NCBI GenBank assembly: GCA_964574035.1
Contig: CAZNLD010000003.1
Span: forward strand, 15,485-79,484
Direction: 5' to 3'
Source: Candidatus Undinarchaeota archaeon
Lineage (GTDB): Archaea; Undinarchaeota; Undinarchaeia; Undinarchaeales; JALTGF01
DNA: 64,000 nt
Part shown: positions 33,766 through 45,210 of the stretch, piece by piece
Position numbering within the stretch: the first letter of the stretch is position 1
Layout: each line of letters opens with the position of its first letter
The notes under the pieces: model-generated
What the model saw: only the letters and a program-made list of their open reading frames with translations
The model's database searches: none
What the model was told of the DNA's origin: nothing
Position numbers and translations under genes: made by a program

Positions 33766-34926
33766 ATGACACCAGACAAATATTTATTCACATCAGAATC
33801 GGTAACGGAAGGGCACCCGGACAAGCTCTGCGACCAGATTTCAGACGGAGTTCTGGACGCCCTGTACAAGCAGGACCCGGAATCAAGGGTTGCTGTTGAA
33901 ACATTGGCAACTACAGGATTAATTGTAGTTGCAGGAGAAGTGACAACAAAAGGATATATTGACGTCCAGGGAGTTGCAAGAGATGTCATAAGAGAAGCAG
34001 GATACGACAATCCAAATTATGGTTTTGACGCGGACCAGTGCGCCGTAGTTGTTGCACTGCATGAACAAAGCCCGGACATTGCACAGGGAGTTGACAAAAC
34101 AAAAGAACATGAACAGGGAGCAGGAGACCAGGGACTGATGTTCGGCTATGCAACAAATGAAACTGAAGACTATATGCCTCTGCCGATTGATTTGTCACAT
34201 AAACTTACAAAGAGACTTTCAGAAGTCAGAAAAAAAGGAATTTTGAACTGGGTAAGACCCGACGGTAAGTCACAGGTTACTATTGAATACGAAGATGGAA
34301 CTCCGAAAAGAGCAGACACGATAGTTATTTCAACTCAGCATTCACCGGATGTTGAATATGAACAAATCAAAGAAGACATAATTGAGCAGGTAATAAAACC
34401 TGTCTGCTCAGACTGGATAGACGAAGACACTAAATATCATATAAATCCAACCGGAAGATTTGTTCAGGGCGGTCCTCCGGGAGATACCGGACTTACAGGA
34501 AGAAAGATTATTGTAGATACATACGGCGGACACGGAAGTCACGGAGGAGGAGCATTCTCCGGAAAAGACCCAAGCAAAGTTGACAGGTCTGCCTCATATA
34601 TGGCAAGACATATAGCAAAAAATGTTGTCGCTGCCGGAATTGCAGATAAATGCGAAGTCCAGATTGCTTATGCAATTGGAGTGGCTGAACCAGTTTCTGT
34701 TCTCGTAAATACATACGGAACGGGAAAAATTTCAGAAGATAAAATAGTTGAAATTATAAAGGACAACTTCGACTTGAAGCCGGCGGAAATTATCAAGTAT
34801 CTGGATTTGAGAAGACCAATCTATAAAAAGACGGCGGCATACGGTCATTTCGGAAGAGATGAACCGGAATTCACCTGGGAGAAACTGAATAAAACAGAAG
34901 ATTTGAAGAAAGCAGCAGGAATATAA
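33766..34926 (+). CDS. metK: S-adenosylmethionine synthetase, bacterial/eukaryal type
   Basis: 386 aa with the motifs [24 protein letters not shown] and [19 protein letters not shown]. An SD AGGAGG lies 6 nt upstream. Confidence 0.97.
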   Translation: MTPDKYLFTSESVTEGHPDKLCDQISDGVLDALYKQDPESRVAVETLATTGLIVVAGEVTTKGYIDVQGVARDVIREAGYDNPNYGFDADQCAVVVALHEQSPDIAQGVDKTKEHEQGAGDQGLMFGYATNETEDYMPLPIDLSHKLTKRLSEVRKKGILNWVRPDGKSQVTIEYEDGTPKRADTIVISTQHSPDVEYEQIKEDIIEQVIKPVCSDWIDEDTKYHINPTGRFVQGGPPGDTGLTGRKIIVDTYGGHGSHGGGAFSGKDPSKVDRSASYMARHIAKNVVAAGIADKCEVQIAYAIGVAEPVSVLVNTYGTGKISEDKIVEIIKDNFDLKPAEIIKYLDLRRPIYKKTAAYGHFGRDEPEFTWEKLNKTEDLKKAAGI

Positions 34927-34974
34927 ATTCTGTATATCAAAATTTCGGACAAACTGCATAGTAAAAAGTTCGAA

Positions 34975-35047
34975 TGGACCCGTCGGGATTCGCACCCGAG
35001 GCCTCTCGCGTGCGAGGCGAGCACTCTACTGACTGAGCTACGGGCCC
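34975..35047 (-). tRNA. tRNA-Ala (anticodon CGC)
   Basis: Reverse strand: GGGCCCG...CTCGC-CT CGC AC-GCGAG...TCGGG-TGCGAAT-CCCGA-CGGGTCC-A. The G3:U70 alanine identity pair is present. Confidence 0.93.
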
Positions 35048-35090
35048 AATAGGATAAATCCTATATACTTAAACCTTTTAATCTTTTATC

Positions 35091-35915
35091 ATGGCTGATG
35101 AAATAGTATTTCTTGGGACAGGAGGAGGAAGAGTTGTCATGTCAACTCAGGCAAGGGCAACCGGAGGATTCAGAATAAACGCCGGCAGATTCAAAATTCA
35201 TGTTGATCCAGGGACGGGCTCAATTGTCAAATGCAGAGAGTTTCACCAGAATCCCCAGAGCATAGATGCGCTGGTTGTAACCCACGCTCATCCGGACCAC
35301 TGCGCCGATGTCAACGTTTATGCAGAAGCAGTTATGATAAGCAGAACAAATAAAAAAAGAACTTTTCTGGGCTCAGAATCAGTAATAAACGGAACTGAAA
35401 AAATAAGCTCCGCCCTGTCTAAATATCATAAAAAAGCATTTGATAATATAAAGGTCATGAAACCGGGCTCCGATTTTACATTGAAAAAAGATAACTCCGA
35501 AATAAAAATAAAAGGACTGAAAGCAAGACACGGCGATGAAACTACCTTCGGCGCCAGATTTGAAATTAAGGATCTGAATAAGGTGATTTCATACACGAGC
35601 GATACTACTTATTTTAAGGAGCTTGCTGAAGAACACAAAAATTCAGATATATTAATTTTAGATGTAACCAGACCAAGAAATGCAAGACTAAAAAAGCACC
35701 TATGCTCCGAAGATGCGGCAAAACTTCTTGCCGAAGCAGAGCCGGAGCTTGCACTCCTTACACATATGGGAATGAAAGTTCTAAGAACAGGGCCTAAAAA
35801 AGAAGCAGCATATATTCAGAGGGAAAGCGGTGTAAGAACGATTCCGGCAACCGACGGTTTAAAAGTCAGCCTGCACGAAGACGAACAGTCTACTTTAAAA
35901 GAATTTAAACAATAA
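35091..35915 (+). CDS. metallo-beta-lactamase-fold protein (RNase Z/ElaC-like superfamily)
   Basis: 274 aa with the motif LVVTHAHPDHCAD and a downstream H/D ligand pattern. Confidence 0.75.
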   Translation: MADEIVFLGTGGGRVVMSTQARATGGFRINAGRFKIHVDPGTGSIVKCREFHQNPQSIDALVVTHAHPDHCADVNVYAEAVMISRTNKKRTFLGSESVINGTEKISSALSKYHKKAFDNIKVMKPGSDFTLKKDNSEIKIKGLKARHGDETTFGARFEIKDLNKVISYTSDTTYFKELAEEHKNSDILILDVTRPRNARLKKHLCSEDAAKLLAEAEPELALLTHMGMKVLRTGPKKEAAYIQRESGVRTIPATDGLKVSLHEDEQSTLKEFKQ

Positions 35916-35931
35916 AATCTATATTCGGAAT

Positions 35932-38121
35932 CTATTCTAAATAGCTTGCCGGACCAGGTATCTGGTCCTTCAGTCCTTTTCTCTGCCTGATTTCCTTGAT
36001 TATCTGTCTTTCAAGTTCTTTTGGGAGCTTCTCGTATCCAGCATTCTCTGTACTCCAAAGAACTCTTCCTTCAGTTGCCGACCTGATTGCTGAAGCAAAA
36101 CCAAACATATCTGCTACAGGCGCCTTTGCCTCGATTTCTATCTGATCTCCTTCCTGCTTCATATCCAAAATTTGTCCTCTCCTACCCTGAAGTTCCTTAT
36201 TTGCAGACCCCATGTGTGTCTGAGGGACCCTGATAAATACCATCTGTTTCGGCTCAAGCAGGTATGGTTTTCCTAAAAGAATTGCTCCTTTCATTGCAGA
36301 CCTAACTGCAGGTATAACCTGAGCAGGTCCTCTGTGAATAGCATCTTCATGAAGTTTTGTATCGTGAAGTTTAATTTTAATTCCGGCGCACCTTTCATCC
36401 GCCATTGGTCCTCTTTTCATTGCTTCTTCAAAAGCTTCGTGGCAGAGTTCGATTACTTCTCCAATATGGACTTCTCCCTTAACCATATTCAGGAATACAT
36501 TAGGTCCATGAATATATGAAACCTTTTTAGCTTCATCCTTATCCATTCCGTATTCTGTAAACTGCTTCCAGTCCTTCTTCTTATATTTTCCTTCTGAAAG
36601 GTCTCCCTCCATAATTGCATCAAATACTTTCTGCTCCAGAGGCTCGACAGTAATATAGAATTTATTGTGTTTATTCGGGCTCTTTCCTTCAACTTCCTGT
36701 GATTTTGCTCCGACGGATTCTCTGTAAACAACAATCGGATCTGAAGACTGAATATCAATTCCTGCATCCTTGGTAATCCTGTGCTTCCAAATTTCAAGAT
36801 GAAGTTCTCCCATGCCTGAAAGCTTATGCTCTCCGGTTTCCTCGTCAATATCAACCTGAACAGCAGGGTCCTGCTTTTCAATATCTCTGAGAACTTCAAT
36901 AAGTTTAGGCAGGTCTTTTGTATTTTTTGCTTCAATTGCCTCCGTAACAACAGGTTCTGCTTCTTTAATTGCTTCGAAAGGCTCAATCTTATTATTAGGA
37001 TCGCACGCGGTTTCTCCGGACCTTGCAGATTTTAAACCGATAACTGCAACAATATTTCCCGGAGGAATTTCATCAATTTTTACCCTGTCAGGCCCCATAT
37101 AAACCCCAACCTGCTGGGTCCTAAAGTTTGCCTTTCGGTTGCATAGATATATGTCCTGACCGCTCTTCAAAGTTCCTGAAAAGAGCCGTCCTGTTGCAAC
37201 ATCTCCGGCATGAGGGTCAACAATAATTTTAGTAATCATTAAAGCAAGCGGTCCGTCAGGCGTACAAAGAGACATAACTTCTTCAACTTCTTCGTCTTCG
37301 CCAGGCCAGATATGAGGAATTCTGTATTTTTGAGCTTCCTTTGGAGTAGGAAGATGTTTGACAACCATATCAAGAACAATTTGGTGAAGGGTTGCATCTC
37401 TTCCTAATTGTTTCCAAGAATCTTCAGTGTCGTAAGCATCAATGATATCTTTGAAAGTCATGTCAAGTTTTTTCATGTGAGGGAATGATAAAGCCCATTT
37501 ATGATATGCAGAACCAAACATAACTGAGCCGTCGTCTACTTTTACTTTCCAGTCATCTTTGAATTTTTCCGGGCAATTTTTGGTAATAAGCAAGTTAACT
37601 TTATTGATAATCTTAATAAACTGCTTCTGCATCTCATCCGGAGTCAATTTTAATTCTCTAATTAATCTATCAACCTTGTTAATGAAAAGGATAGGCTTTA
37701 CTCTCTCTTTCATTGCCTGTCTTAAAACAGTTTCAGTCTGGGGCATTGCACCTTCAACAGCGTCGACAACAATTATTGCACCGTCTACTGCTCTCATAGC
37801 TCTAATAACGTCCCCTCCGAAGTCAACATGTCCCGGGGTGTCAATGATATTTAAAAGATAATCATCACCCTTGTAATCGTGAATTAAAGAAACGTTCGCA
37901 GCATTAATTGTAATTCCTCTTGCCTGCTCCTGCGGGTCAAAATCAAGATAAAGCTGCTTTCCTGCAAGCTCTTCTGAAATCATGCCGGAACCAGCTAGCA
38001 GATTATCTGAAAGGGTCGTCTTCCCGTGGTCAATATGCGCAATAATACCGATGTCTCTAATCTGCTCCGGTTTCTCCATCAAATCTTTTACTTTGCCAAT
38101 TAACTCTTCTTTTCTTCCCAT
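35932..38121 (-). CDS. fusA: translation elongation factor EF-2
   Basis: 729 aa with [17 protein letters not shown] and NKVD motifs and the diphthamide-loop region [11 protein letters not shown]. Confidence 0.98.
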   Translation of the reverse strand: MGRKEELIGKVKDLMEKPEQIRDIGIIAHIDHGKTTLSDNLLAGSGMISEELAGKQLYLDFDPQEQARGITINAANVSLIHDYKGDDYLLNIIDTPGHVDFGGDVIRAMRAVDGAIIVVDAVEGAMPQTETVLRQAMKERVKPILFINKVDRLIRELKLTPDEMQKQFIKIINKVNLLITKNCPEKFKDDWKVKVDDGSVMFGSAYHKWALSFPHMKKLDMTFKDIIDAYDTEDSWKQLGRDATLHQIVLDMVVKHLPTPKEAQKYRIPHIWPGEDEEVEEVMSLCTPDGPLALMITKIIVDPHAGDVATGRLFSGTLKSGQDIYLCNRKANFRTQQVGVYMGPDRVKIDEIPPGNIVAVIGLKSARSGETACDPNNKIEPFEAIKEAEPVVTEAIEAKNTKDLPKLIEVLRDIEKQDPAVQVDIDEETGEHKLSGMGELHLEIWKHRITKDAGIDIQSSDPIVVYRESVGAKSQEVEGKSPNKHNKFYITVEPLEQKVFDAIMEGDLSEGKYKKKDWKQFTEYGMDKDEAKKVSYIHGPNVFLNMVKGEVHIGEVIELCHEAFEEAMKRGPMADERCAGIKIKLHDTKLHEDAIHRGPAQVIPAVRSAMKGAILLGKPYLLEPKQMVFIRVPQTHMGSANKELQGRRGQILDMKQEGDQIEIEAKAPVADMFGFASAIRSATEGRVLWSTENAGYEKLPKELERQIIKEIRQRKGLKDQIPGPASYLE

Positions 38122-38125
38122 TTTA

Positions 38126-38725
38126 TTATCGAGCGCTTGCAGCTACTCTTTCTGACTCCTCCTTTTTGCCCACTGAATAGATTTTGTTGTCATTTTTTGA
38201 AGCAGCGATTAATTCGCTTGCAAGTCCTTTTGAAATAGAAGTTTTGCTTTTGAAAGCCCTTTGTGCAGCCCCGTGTGAAATAAAACTTAAAGAAAGATCA
38301 ATTCTCCTCTGAGGCGCCACATCTACTGCTTTATGAACAATAATTCCTCCGTGTCTGATTCTTGTCGTTTCCTCACACGGCGCTGTGTTCTCAACAGCCC
38401 TTACAAGAATCTGAACAGGATTCTTACTTGTCTTTGACTCTATTTCCTCAAGTGCTTTTTTAACAATTTTGACTGCTGTCTGCTTTTTTCCGGTGTCTCT
38501 GCCGGAAACTTTTTTATGAACCCTTGAATCTTTTAAGTGTCCAGTAACCATCATCTTTTTTACAAGTCTTTCAATAATATTATATTTCTTCTTGCTGAAT
38601 CTCTTGTTAGTATATAAATTAAAAGAATGTCTTTCCGGTGCATCCAGATTTAAATATTTCTGAAGGCCCCTGTCATTTATAGAAACAGATTCAGCCTCCC
38701 ACTTGTTAAAAATTTTTCCTGCCAT
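38126..38725 (-). CDS. rps7: 30S ribosomal protein uS7
   Basis: S7 motifs are present (...RLVKKMM..GKK..A..IV..A...). The track start at 38737 is a GTG overlapping the rps12 stop. The ATG at 38725 (MAGKIFNKW) lies 9 nt after the rps12 stop and is preferred. Confidence 0.93.
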   Translation of the reverse strand: MAGKIFNKWEAESVSINDRGLQKYLNLDAPERHSFNLYTNKRFSKKKYNIIERLVKKMMVTGHLKDSRVHKKVSGRDTGKKQTAVKIVKKALEEIESKTSKNPVQILVRAVENTAPCEETTRIRHGGIIVHKAVDVAPQRRIDLSLSFISHGAAQRAFKSKTSISKGLASELIAASKNDNKIYSVGKKEESERVAASAR

Positions 38726-38733
38726 TTCAACTA

Positions 38734-39171
38734 TCACTTAATTGGTTTCTCCTTTCTTCCAAGAACAAGCTCTTTCAGTGCAATTCCATTTACTTTTGTG
38801 ACTTTAAATCGTACACCAGGGATATCTCCCATAGATTTACCTCTTGCACCGCCTATTCCCATGATTTCAACTTCATCGTGCTCATCAATATAAGAAATTG
38901 CTTTATCGCCGGGGCAGAAAGCAGTAACATTTTTTCCGTTTTTAATCAGCTGAACTCTTACACATTTTCTGATAGCAGAGTTGGGTTGTTTTGCTTCCAG
39001 ACCGACTTTTTCAAGAACGATTCCCCTGGCTGCCGGAGATCCTCCAAGAGGTGAAGATTTGACATCCAGACCCAAGGCTCTCCTTTTGTATTCCCTGTCT
39101 CTCCAGCGGAATTTCTTTCTTCTTTTCTTCAATTTTCGTGCGGCGAATAAACCGCGTGGTTTTCTTGCCAT
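38734..39171 (-). CDS. rps12: 30S ribosomal protein uS12
   Basis: 145 aa with [20 protein letters not shown] and the PGVRFKV motif. Confidence 0.97.
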   Translation of the reverse strand: MARKPRGLFAARKLKKRRKKFRWRDREYKRRALGLDVKSSPLGGSPAARGIVLEKVGLEAKQPNSAIRKCVRVQLIKNGKNVTAFCPGDKAISYIDEHDEVEIMGIGGARGKSMGDIPGVRFKVTKVNGIALKELVLGRKEKPIK

Positions 39172-39210
39172 CGTTGGGTTTAATATAATAAAATTAATTC
39201 TTTAAATAAG

Positions 39211-39633
39211 TTACTTAACTTCCACTTCTTCAATTCCATGGTGCCTTTTTAATAAATCTTTTATCATCTGCAGATTTTTGCCTTTTTTTCCAAGAACTGC
39301 TCCCTTTGTCTGGTTATTTGCCTCAATAACTATTTTGTCATTATCTCCGTTTTTTCTTACTTCGGCGCCTTCCAGATTGCTTACTAAATTTCTGACAAAC
39401 TGAACTGGATCGTCTGAAAACTCTCTGACCTGTATCTGCTTTCCAAGATTTGCCCTTAATTTTTTGACATTTGCGCCTTTCTTTCCTATTGCAGCTCCAA
39501 GCTGTCCTTTTTTTATAACATAGACTATCTTGTCGTCTTTTACTATGCAGTCTTTTACAGTTACATTTCCTCTGCTTTCATTTTCAAGTGCTGCAATATA
39601 TCTCAATGTTTGTTTGTCTAATTTTATAGTCAT
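39211..39633 (-). CDS. nusA: archaeal NusA-like transcription termination/antitermination protein (two KH domains)
   Basis: 140 aa with GxxG KH motifs ([16 protein letters not shown]). It sits in the conserved position between rpoA'' and rps12. Confidence 0.9.
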   Translation of the reverse strand: MTIKLDKQTLRYIAALENESRGNVTVKDCIVKDDKIVYVIKKGQLGAAIGKKGANVKKLRANLGKQIQVREFSDDPVQFVRNLVSNLEGAEVRKNGDNDKIVIEANNQTKGAVLGKKGKNLQMIKDLLKRHHGIEEVEVK

Positions 39634-40787
39634 TTCTTCTTTTTCTTCTTTTCAAACATATCCTGTTTAAGAACAAGTTCAGGAACTCCCGTTCCCATGT
39701 TTGCTACCTGCCCTACAATAATGTTCTCAACTACTCCGTTTAAATTATCAGTTTCGCCGTATGCCCCCGCTTTCAATAAATGTTTAACAGTTTCTTCGAA
39801 ACTTGCTCTTGCAAGAACTGATGCCTTATTTCCCGAAACTCCGTGTCTTCCAATTGCATCAAGCTCCCCGTTTGCAGTCATTGTATCTGCAACAAGAGTT
39901 ATATGTCTTGAGTCAACAGAAAGTCCTGCTTCCTTCAAAGTTTCCATTCCTTCATAAACTAAAGCATTTCTGACTGCTTCAACGCCAAGAACTTTTGCAA
40001 CTTCTCTCAAATCGTTGCTTCTGGTCTTTTTAAAATCAACTTCGTCAACTTTTGCAATTTGCTTTAAATTAGTTCCTCTGGTATACAAAACATAATCTTT
40101 GCCTTCTTTTTGTACAACAACATAGCTCACTCCTTCTATTCCCGATAAATGATTATCAAGGACCTTATTTTTCAGGCGCTGAAGCTTGGAAGCAACTTTT
40201 TTCTTGCTCTTAACTTTAAGCTTTGTTTTTGTAACGCTTGCATTTTTGCCCAGCTTTTCTTTTACAACTTTCTTAAATTTTGCAGGAGTCAAACCTCTTC
40301 TCTTAAGTTCCTCTCTGTCAAGTTCAAACACAATTTCAGATTTTGAGAAATTAGTCTGAACGCTTGTGGAAATGTCTTTAACGGTTGTCTCTTTAATAGA
40401 ATAAGCAAGTTCCTCTGCTTTTTTTGAATTATTATATTTTTTCTTTAAGTAAATAGACATCATCGGGGTTTTTGGCGTCCTTCTTGCATCAAGAATCTCA
40501 ATTAATCTTGGAAGTCCTCTGGTAACATCCATAGCAGTTCCTGCGTAGTGCTTCGTTCTCATCATCATCTGCGTTCCCGGTTCTCCAATCGACTGGGCTG
40601 CTATAACACCTACTGCTTCTCCCGGCTCTATTTTTGCTTTGCCGTATGCTTCAATAACTTTGTCAATAACTTCTTCAAGATTCTTTTTCTTGATATCCCC
40701 TGACTTTACTTTCTTTTCAAGCCTCTCAATCATATTATGTGGAAGCTCCTGTTCTTTCTTTTTTAATATATCAGTTACATCGCTCAT
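39630..40787 (-). CDS. rpoA2: DNA-directed RNA polymerase subunit A'' (Rpo1C)
   Basis: 385 aa with [16 protein letters not shown] and the C-terminal [18 protein letters not shown]...GQ motifs. Confidence 0.95.
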   Translation of the reverse strand: MSDVTDILKKKEQELPHNMIERLEKKVKSGDIKKKNLEEVIDKVIEAYGKAKIEPGEAVGVIAAQSIGEPGTQMMMRTKHYAGTAMDVTRGLPRLIEILDARRTPKTPMMSIYLKKKYNNSKKAEELAYSIKETTVKDISTSVQTNFSKSEIVFELDREELKRRGLTPAKFKKVVKEKLGKNASVTKTKLKVKSKKKVASKLQRLKNKVLDNHLSGIEGVSYVVVQKEGKDYVLYTRGTNLKQIAKVDEVDFKKTRSNDLREVAKVLGVEAVRNALVYEGMETLKEAGLSVDSRHITLVADTMTANGELDAIGRHGVSGNKASVLARASFEETVKHLLKAGAYGETDNLNGVVENIIVGQVANMGTGVPELVLKQDMFEKKKKKK

Positions 40788-43336
40788 TTTTCAACATCCT
40801 CTATAATTCTTTCAAGGTCAATCTGGCCTCTGTCGGATTTTGCCGGGTTAACTCCGTCTTCTCCGTACTTAAACTGAACAACTGTTCCGTGTCCTTCTTT
40901 GACCAGTTCATTATAATCAACAACAACATCCTGCATAGCATTGATTAATCTTCTCTGCAGATATCCTGATTTAGGCGTTCTCATAGCAGTGTCCGTCAGA
41001 GATTCCCTTCCTCCCATCGCATGGAAGAAGAATTCAATTGGATCCATCCCGCTCTTATAGCTTGATTTAATAAATCCTCTTGATTTTGCACCTAATTCTC
41101 CGGATTTGAAGTGAGGCAGGGTTCTTCCTCTGTAGCCTCTCAAAATACGCTTTCCTCTTACAGCCTGCTGTCCAATACATGCACTCATCTGGGTTATATT
41201 CAGGAGAGAACCTCTTGCTCCTGTTTTTGCCATGCTCAAAGCAAAATTATCTTCTTTCAGTGCTTCTTCAGCTAGTTTTCCGGCTTTGTTTCTGCTTTCA
41301 TTAAGTTCAACCATAATTTTTTCTTCCAAAGTATCTTTAACGCTCTTTCCTTTTGAAGGAGTGAGTTTGCCCTTTCTATATTTTTTAATAAGTTCATCTA
41401 CGTTCTTTTCCGCTTTAACAAGAACCTTGTTAATTTCATTCCTTACATCTTCCGGAAGATCTTCATCGTCAATTCCTGTCGTAAATCCTTTGGTATCAAG
41501 ATAAGCAATAGCAAGTCTTGTAATTCCGTCAAGGAAGTCTCTTACTGCGTCCTGGCCATCCTTTCTTAAAATTTCCTCAATAAGTTCTCCTGCCATGGCG
41601 CCGACTGCCTTGTTATCAATAACTCCCTTTACAAGCTTGCCGTCATCGATTACTACATCATTTCCGTCTCTGGATTTGAAAGTAATGTTGACATTATCCG
41701 GTATAAATAAACTGAAAAGCTGCTTCCCGTCAACTTCCTTCTTAAATTTAGGAACTTTGCCTTTATATTCAGATTTCATTAAAACATCCATTGCAACTTC
41801 TTTGTCGAACTTTGAAGTTGTAAGGAAGTAAAGTCCGGTTATATGATCATGAATGCAGCCGATAATGGGTCCTGCGAATCTTGGAGACCTGATTTGAGAT
41901 TGAACTCTCATTAAAAGTCTTGCCTCAGTTCTCGCTTCTTCAGTTTGTGGAACATGCAAGTTCATCTCGTCTCCGTCAAAATCAGCATTGTAAGGAGTAC
42001 ATACACATAAATTCAGTCTGAATGTTTTTCCAGGCAGAACTCTTACCCTGTGAGCCATCATTGACATTCTATGCAATGAAGGCTGTCTGTTAAATAAAAC
42101 CATATCTCCGTCAACAAGCTGTCTTTCAACCTTGTAGCCGAATTCAATTTCATCTGAAATGAGTTCAGCGCTCTCCTCGGTAATCCTTTTCTTCTTGCCG
42201 TCCGGTCTGATAACATAATTTGCACCCGGATAAGTATCAAAATTCAAAATCATTTCTTTCATCTGTTCAATATTCTTGTCTGTAACCCTGATTGGAACTG
42301 AAAGTTCCTTTGCAATATCAAGAGGAACTCCAACTTCGTCAATGCTTATATTTGGGTCCGGAGAAATGACTGTTCTTGCGGAGAAGTCAACTCTCTTTCC
42401 TGCAAGACTGCTTCTGAACCTTCCTTCTTTTCCTTTCAGCCTCTGCTTCAAAGTTTTCAGTGGTCTTCCAGACCGATGCCTTGCAGTAGGAATTCCTGTC
42501 GTTGAATTGTCTAAATAAGTAGTAACATGGTACTGAACTAACTGCCACTGATCTTCAATAATTAAATGAGGCGCCCCTGCATCAATATTCTCTCTAAGCC
42601 TCTGATTTAATCTGAGAATATCAACAAGTTTATGAGTTAAATCATCTTCAGATCTTTCTCCTGTTTCAAGAGTAATTGACGGTCTGGTGGTTACCGGCGG
42701 GACCGGAAGAATTGTAAGAACCATCCACTCAGGTCTTGCGTTTTCAGCATCAAGTCCGAAAATGTGAATATCGTCATCTGGTATTTTTTCAAGCCGCTCT
42801 CTGATTTCAGTCGGCATTAATCTCTGTTTGTCCTCTTTGAAAGTAGTAGGTCTTTCCCTTCTGATTTTATACTGCTTTGCTCCGCAGTGCGGGCATTCTT
42901 TTGCTTTTCTTGCTTCTTTTATCGCTTCCTTGATAATTGCTTCGAGTTCCTGCTCTCCGCCGAGAGAGTTTTCAAGTTTATGTTTGTATTCATCAATTCT
43001 CTTCTGGCTGAGATTGACCCTAGAACATTCTCTGCATACAGACCTTAATATATTGTAAACAAATTTGACATATCCTACGTGAATAACTGGTCTTGCAAGT
43101 TTAATATATCCAAAGTGCCCCGGGCAGTCCCCCATTTTTGATTTGCAGGTTCTGCACCTGAGTCCTGGATCGATGACTCCCATTCTAGGGTCCATAAGTC
43201 CACCTTTAATCGGATATCCATCAGTATCGTGAGTATCAGGAGTTATAATCTTGACTACTGCCAGCTTCTTTACCATCTTTGGAGAAAGAACTCCAAAATC
43301 AATCTTGTCTATTTTTTTACTTATTATATTCTGCAT
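40784..43336 (-). CDS. rpoA1: DNA-directed RNA polymerase subunit A' (Rpo1N)
   Basis: 850 aa with a zinc ribbon ([16 protein letters not shown]) and the catalytic [10 protein letters not shown]. Confidence 0.97.
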   Translation of the reverse strand: MQNIISKKIDKIDFGVLSPKMVKKLAVVKIITPDTHDTDGYPIKGGLMDPRMGVIDPGLRCRTCKSKMGDCPGHFGYIKLARPVIHVGYVKFVYNILRSVCRECSRVNLSQKRIDEYKHKLENSLGGEQELEAIIKEAIKEARKAKECPHCGAKQYKIRRERPTTFKEDKQRLMPTEIRERLEKIPDDDIHIFGLDAENARPEWMVLTILPVPPVTTRPSITLETGERSEDDLTHKLVDILRLNQRLRENIDAGAPHLIIEDQWQLVQYHVTTYLDNSTTGIPTARHRSGRPLKTLKQRLKGKEGRFRSSLAGKRVDFSARTVISPDPNISIDEVGVPLDIAKELSVPIRVTDKNIEQMKEMILNFDTYPGANYVIRPDGKKKRITEESAELISDEIEFGYKVERQLVDGDMVLFNRQPSLHRMSMMAHRVRVLPGKTFRLNLCVCTPYNADFDGDEMNLHVPQTEEARTEARLLMRVQSQIRSPRFAGPIIGCIHDHITGLYFLTTSKFDKEVAMDVLMKSEYKGKVPKFKKEVDGKQLFSLFIPDNVNITFKSRDGNDVVIDDGKLVKGVIDNKAVGAMAGELIEEILRKDGQDAVRDFLDGITRLAIAYLDTKGFTTGIDDEDLPEDVRNEINKVLVKAEKNVDELIKKYRKGKLTPSKGKSVKDTLEEKIMVELNESRNKAGKLAEEALKEDNFALSMAKTGARGSLLNITQMSACIGQQAVRGKRILRGYRGRTLPHFKSGELGAKSRGFIKSSYKSGMDPIEFFFHAMGGRESLTDTAMRTPKSGYLQRRLINAMQDVVVDYNELVKEGHGTVVQFKYGEDGVNPAKSDRGQIDLERIIEDVEK

Positions 43337-45210
43337 TATCCCTTATCACCCAATATTAATTTTGGATATATACCCATTGATTTTAATTCATCAAGGAGCA
43401 GTTTGAAAGCGTAAGACATTTCAACAAATTCAACATCAACATTTTCCCCGCAGACTGAACAATATGCATAATCTCTGAATTTATCATAAACGGCAACCAA
43501 ACCGCATTTAGTGCAGACCGGCACCTCGGTTTTGTCAGACTCGTCAAGCAGTCTCTCCTTCAGAAGAAGCGAAGTTCCGTGACCAACAAGAGTATCTTTC
43601 TCCATCTCTCCGAGCCTTAGACCTCCCTCTCTTGCCTTTCCTGCAGTCGGCTGTCTGGTTAAAATTTGGACAGGTCCTCTGGATCTTGCTCTAATTTTAT
43701 CTGCAACCATGTGTTTAAGTTTCTGATAATAAGTAACTCCTATGAATATTTCAGCTTCCAGTTTCTTTCCCGTAATTCCGTCGTACATTACTTCTTTTCC
43801 AGTGCTCTTGAAACCAAGTTTTTCGAGCTGTTCTCTTAATTCTGCTTCTGGTTCACTGGTAAAAGGTGTTCCATCAATATATCTTCCTTCCATTGAACCA
43901 ATTTTTCCTCCTATAGTTTCAAGAAGCTGCCCGATTGTCATTCTTGAAGGTATTGCGTGAGGGTTTACAATTAAATCAGGAGTAATTCCATCTGAAGTAA
44001 AAGGCATATCAATTTGGGGAACAATTGCACCGATAACTCCTTTCTGTCCATGTCTTGAGGAGAATTTGTCGCCAATCTGAGGTATTCTGGGATCTCTTAA
44101 TTTAACTTTAACAAGTTTATCTCCATCTAAATTTTCAGAAAGTACAACCTTTTCAACAATTCCAGATTCTCCAACATTAACTGCAAGAGAACTTTCCCTT
44201 CTATGTTCAACGGCCATTCCAAATTCCTCCATAACTTCAAGAAATCTCGGAGGAGAAGTCTTTCCTATTAACACATCTTCTTCTTCAACAACACTTTCTG
44301 GCTCTACAATTCCGTCGTCTCCTAAAAATCTGTAAGTATGCTCCGTCCTATATCCTCTTATATCTTTATCAGGAACTTCAATAGTATCTATCTGACCCCC
44401 GGGATATCTCTGTTCTTCGGCCTTATATGATCTGAAAAAGATAGATCTTGCAAGTCCCCTGTCAATTGAAGATTTGTTAAGAATTACAGCATCCTGCATG
44501 TTATACCCCTGGAATGAAAGGATTGCAACAACAAAATTCTGGCCGGACGGCCTTTCATTGTAATCAACAGCATCGAGACCCACAGATGAAGCCATAGGCC
44601 TTTGAGGATAATAAAGGATATGTTTCTGAGTATCTGTTCTTAATCCATAGTTTGAAGCATAAATACCAATCCCCTGTTTAGACATATTTGCTCCAAGAGT
44701 TACTCTGGTAGCCATATTATGGCTTAAAAATGGAACCGCACTTGCGCATATTCCGAAAATAACCATAGGGTCGATTTCAATATGAGTATGCTTTTCAGTT
44801 AATTCATCTTCATTTAATGCAATATAGGCGTTCTCTTCTTCAGAAGCATCCAAATATTCAATCATATCAAGTCTGATTAAATCCTTCCAGCTGAGTTCGC
44901 CTTTCTTTAATTTTTTAACCTGTTCCTCTGAAACCTTTGGCTCTCCATTTTCAACCTTTATTAAAGGTCTTACAACCCTTCCGCCGTCGCTCCAAATTGA
45001 AACTCTGCTTTCTCTTTTAGAATGAGCAATACTTATATCCGGAGAAAAGACTCCCTGACTTCTCATATTTTTTAACTCTTCCACTAAATCTTTAGGAGAA
45101 GCAGTTGCTCCAATAAGTCTGCCGTTAAGAAAAATATCATATTCTCGGGCAGTCTGTCCTTTCTTGCTGCTTTTCTTTGATTTTTGTTTTTTAGATTTTT
45201 TCTTAGCCAT
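43336..45210 (-). CDS. rpoB1: DNA-directed RNA polymerase subunit B' (C-terminal half of split Rpo2)
   Basis: 624 aa with the GDKFSSRHGQKGV motif and a C-terminal zinc motif (CTKCG...CSVCG). Confidence 0.97.
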   Translation of the reverse strand: MAKKKSKKQKSKKSSKKGQTAREYDIFLNGRLIGATASPKDLVEELKNMRSQGVFSPDISIAHSKRESRVSIWSDGGRVVRPLIKVENGEPKVSEEQVKKLKKGELSWKDLIRLDMIEYLDASEEENAYIALNEDELTEKHTHIEIDPMVIFGICASAVPFLSHNMATRVTLGANMSKQGIGIYASNYGLRTDTQKHILYYPQRPMASSVGLDAVDYNERPSGQNFVVAILSFQGYNMQDAVILNKSSIDRGLARSIFFRSYKAEEQRYPGGQIDTIEVPDKDIRGYRTEHTYRFLGDDGIVEPESVVEEEDVLIGKTSPPRFLEVMEEFGMAVEHRRESSLAVNVGESGIVEKVVLSENLDGDKLVKVKLRDPRIPQIGDKFSSRHGQKGVIGAIVPQIDMPFTSDGITPDLIVNPHAIPSRMTIGQLLETIGGKIGSMEGRYIDGTPFTSEPEAELREQLEKLGFKSTGKEVMYDGITGKKLEAEIFIGVTYYQKLKHMVADKIRARSRGPVQILTRQPTAGKAREGGLRLGEMEKDTLVGHGTSLLLKERLLDESDKTEVPVCTKCGLVAVYDKFRDYAYCSVCGENVDVEFVEMSYAFKLLLDELKSMGIYPKLILGDKG

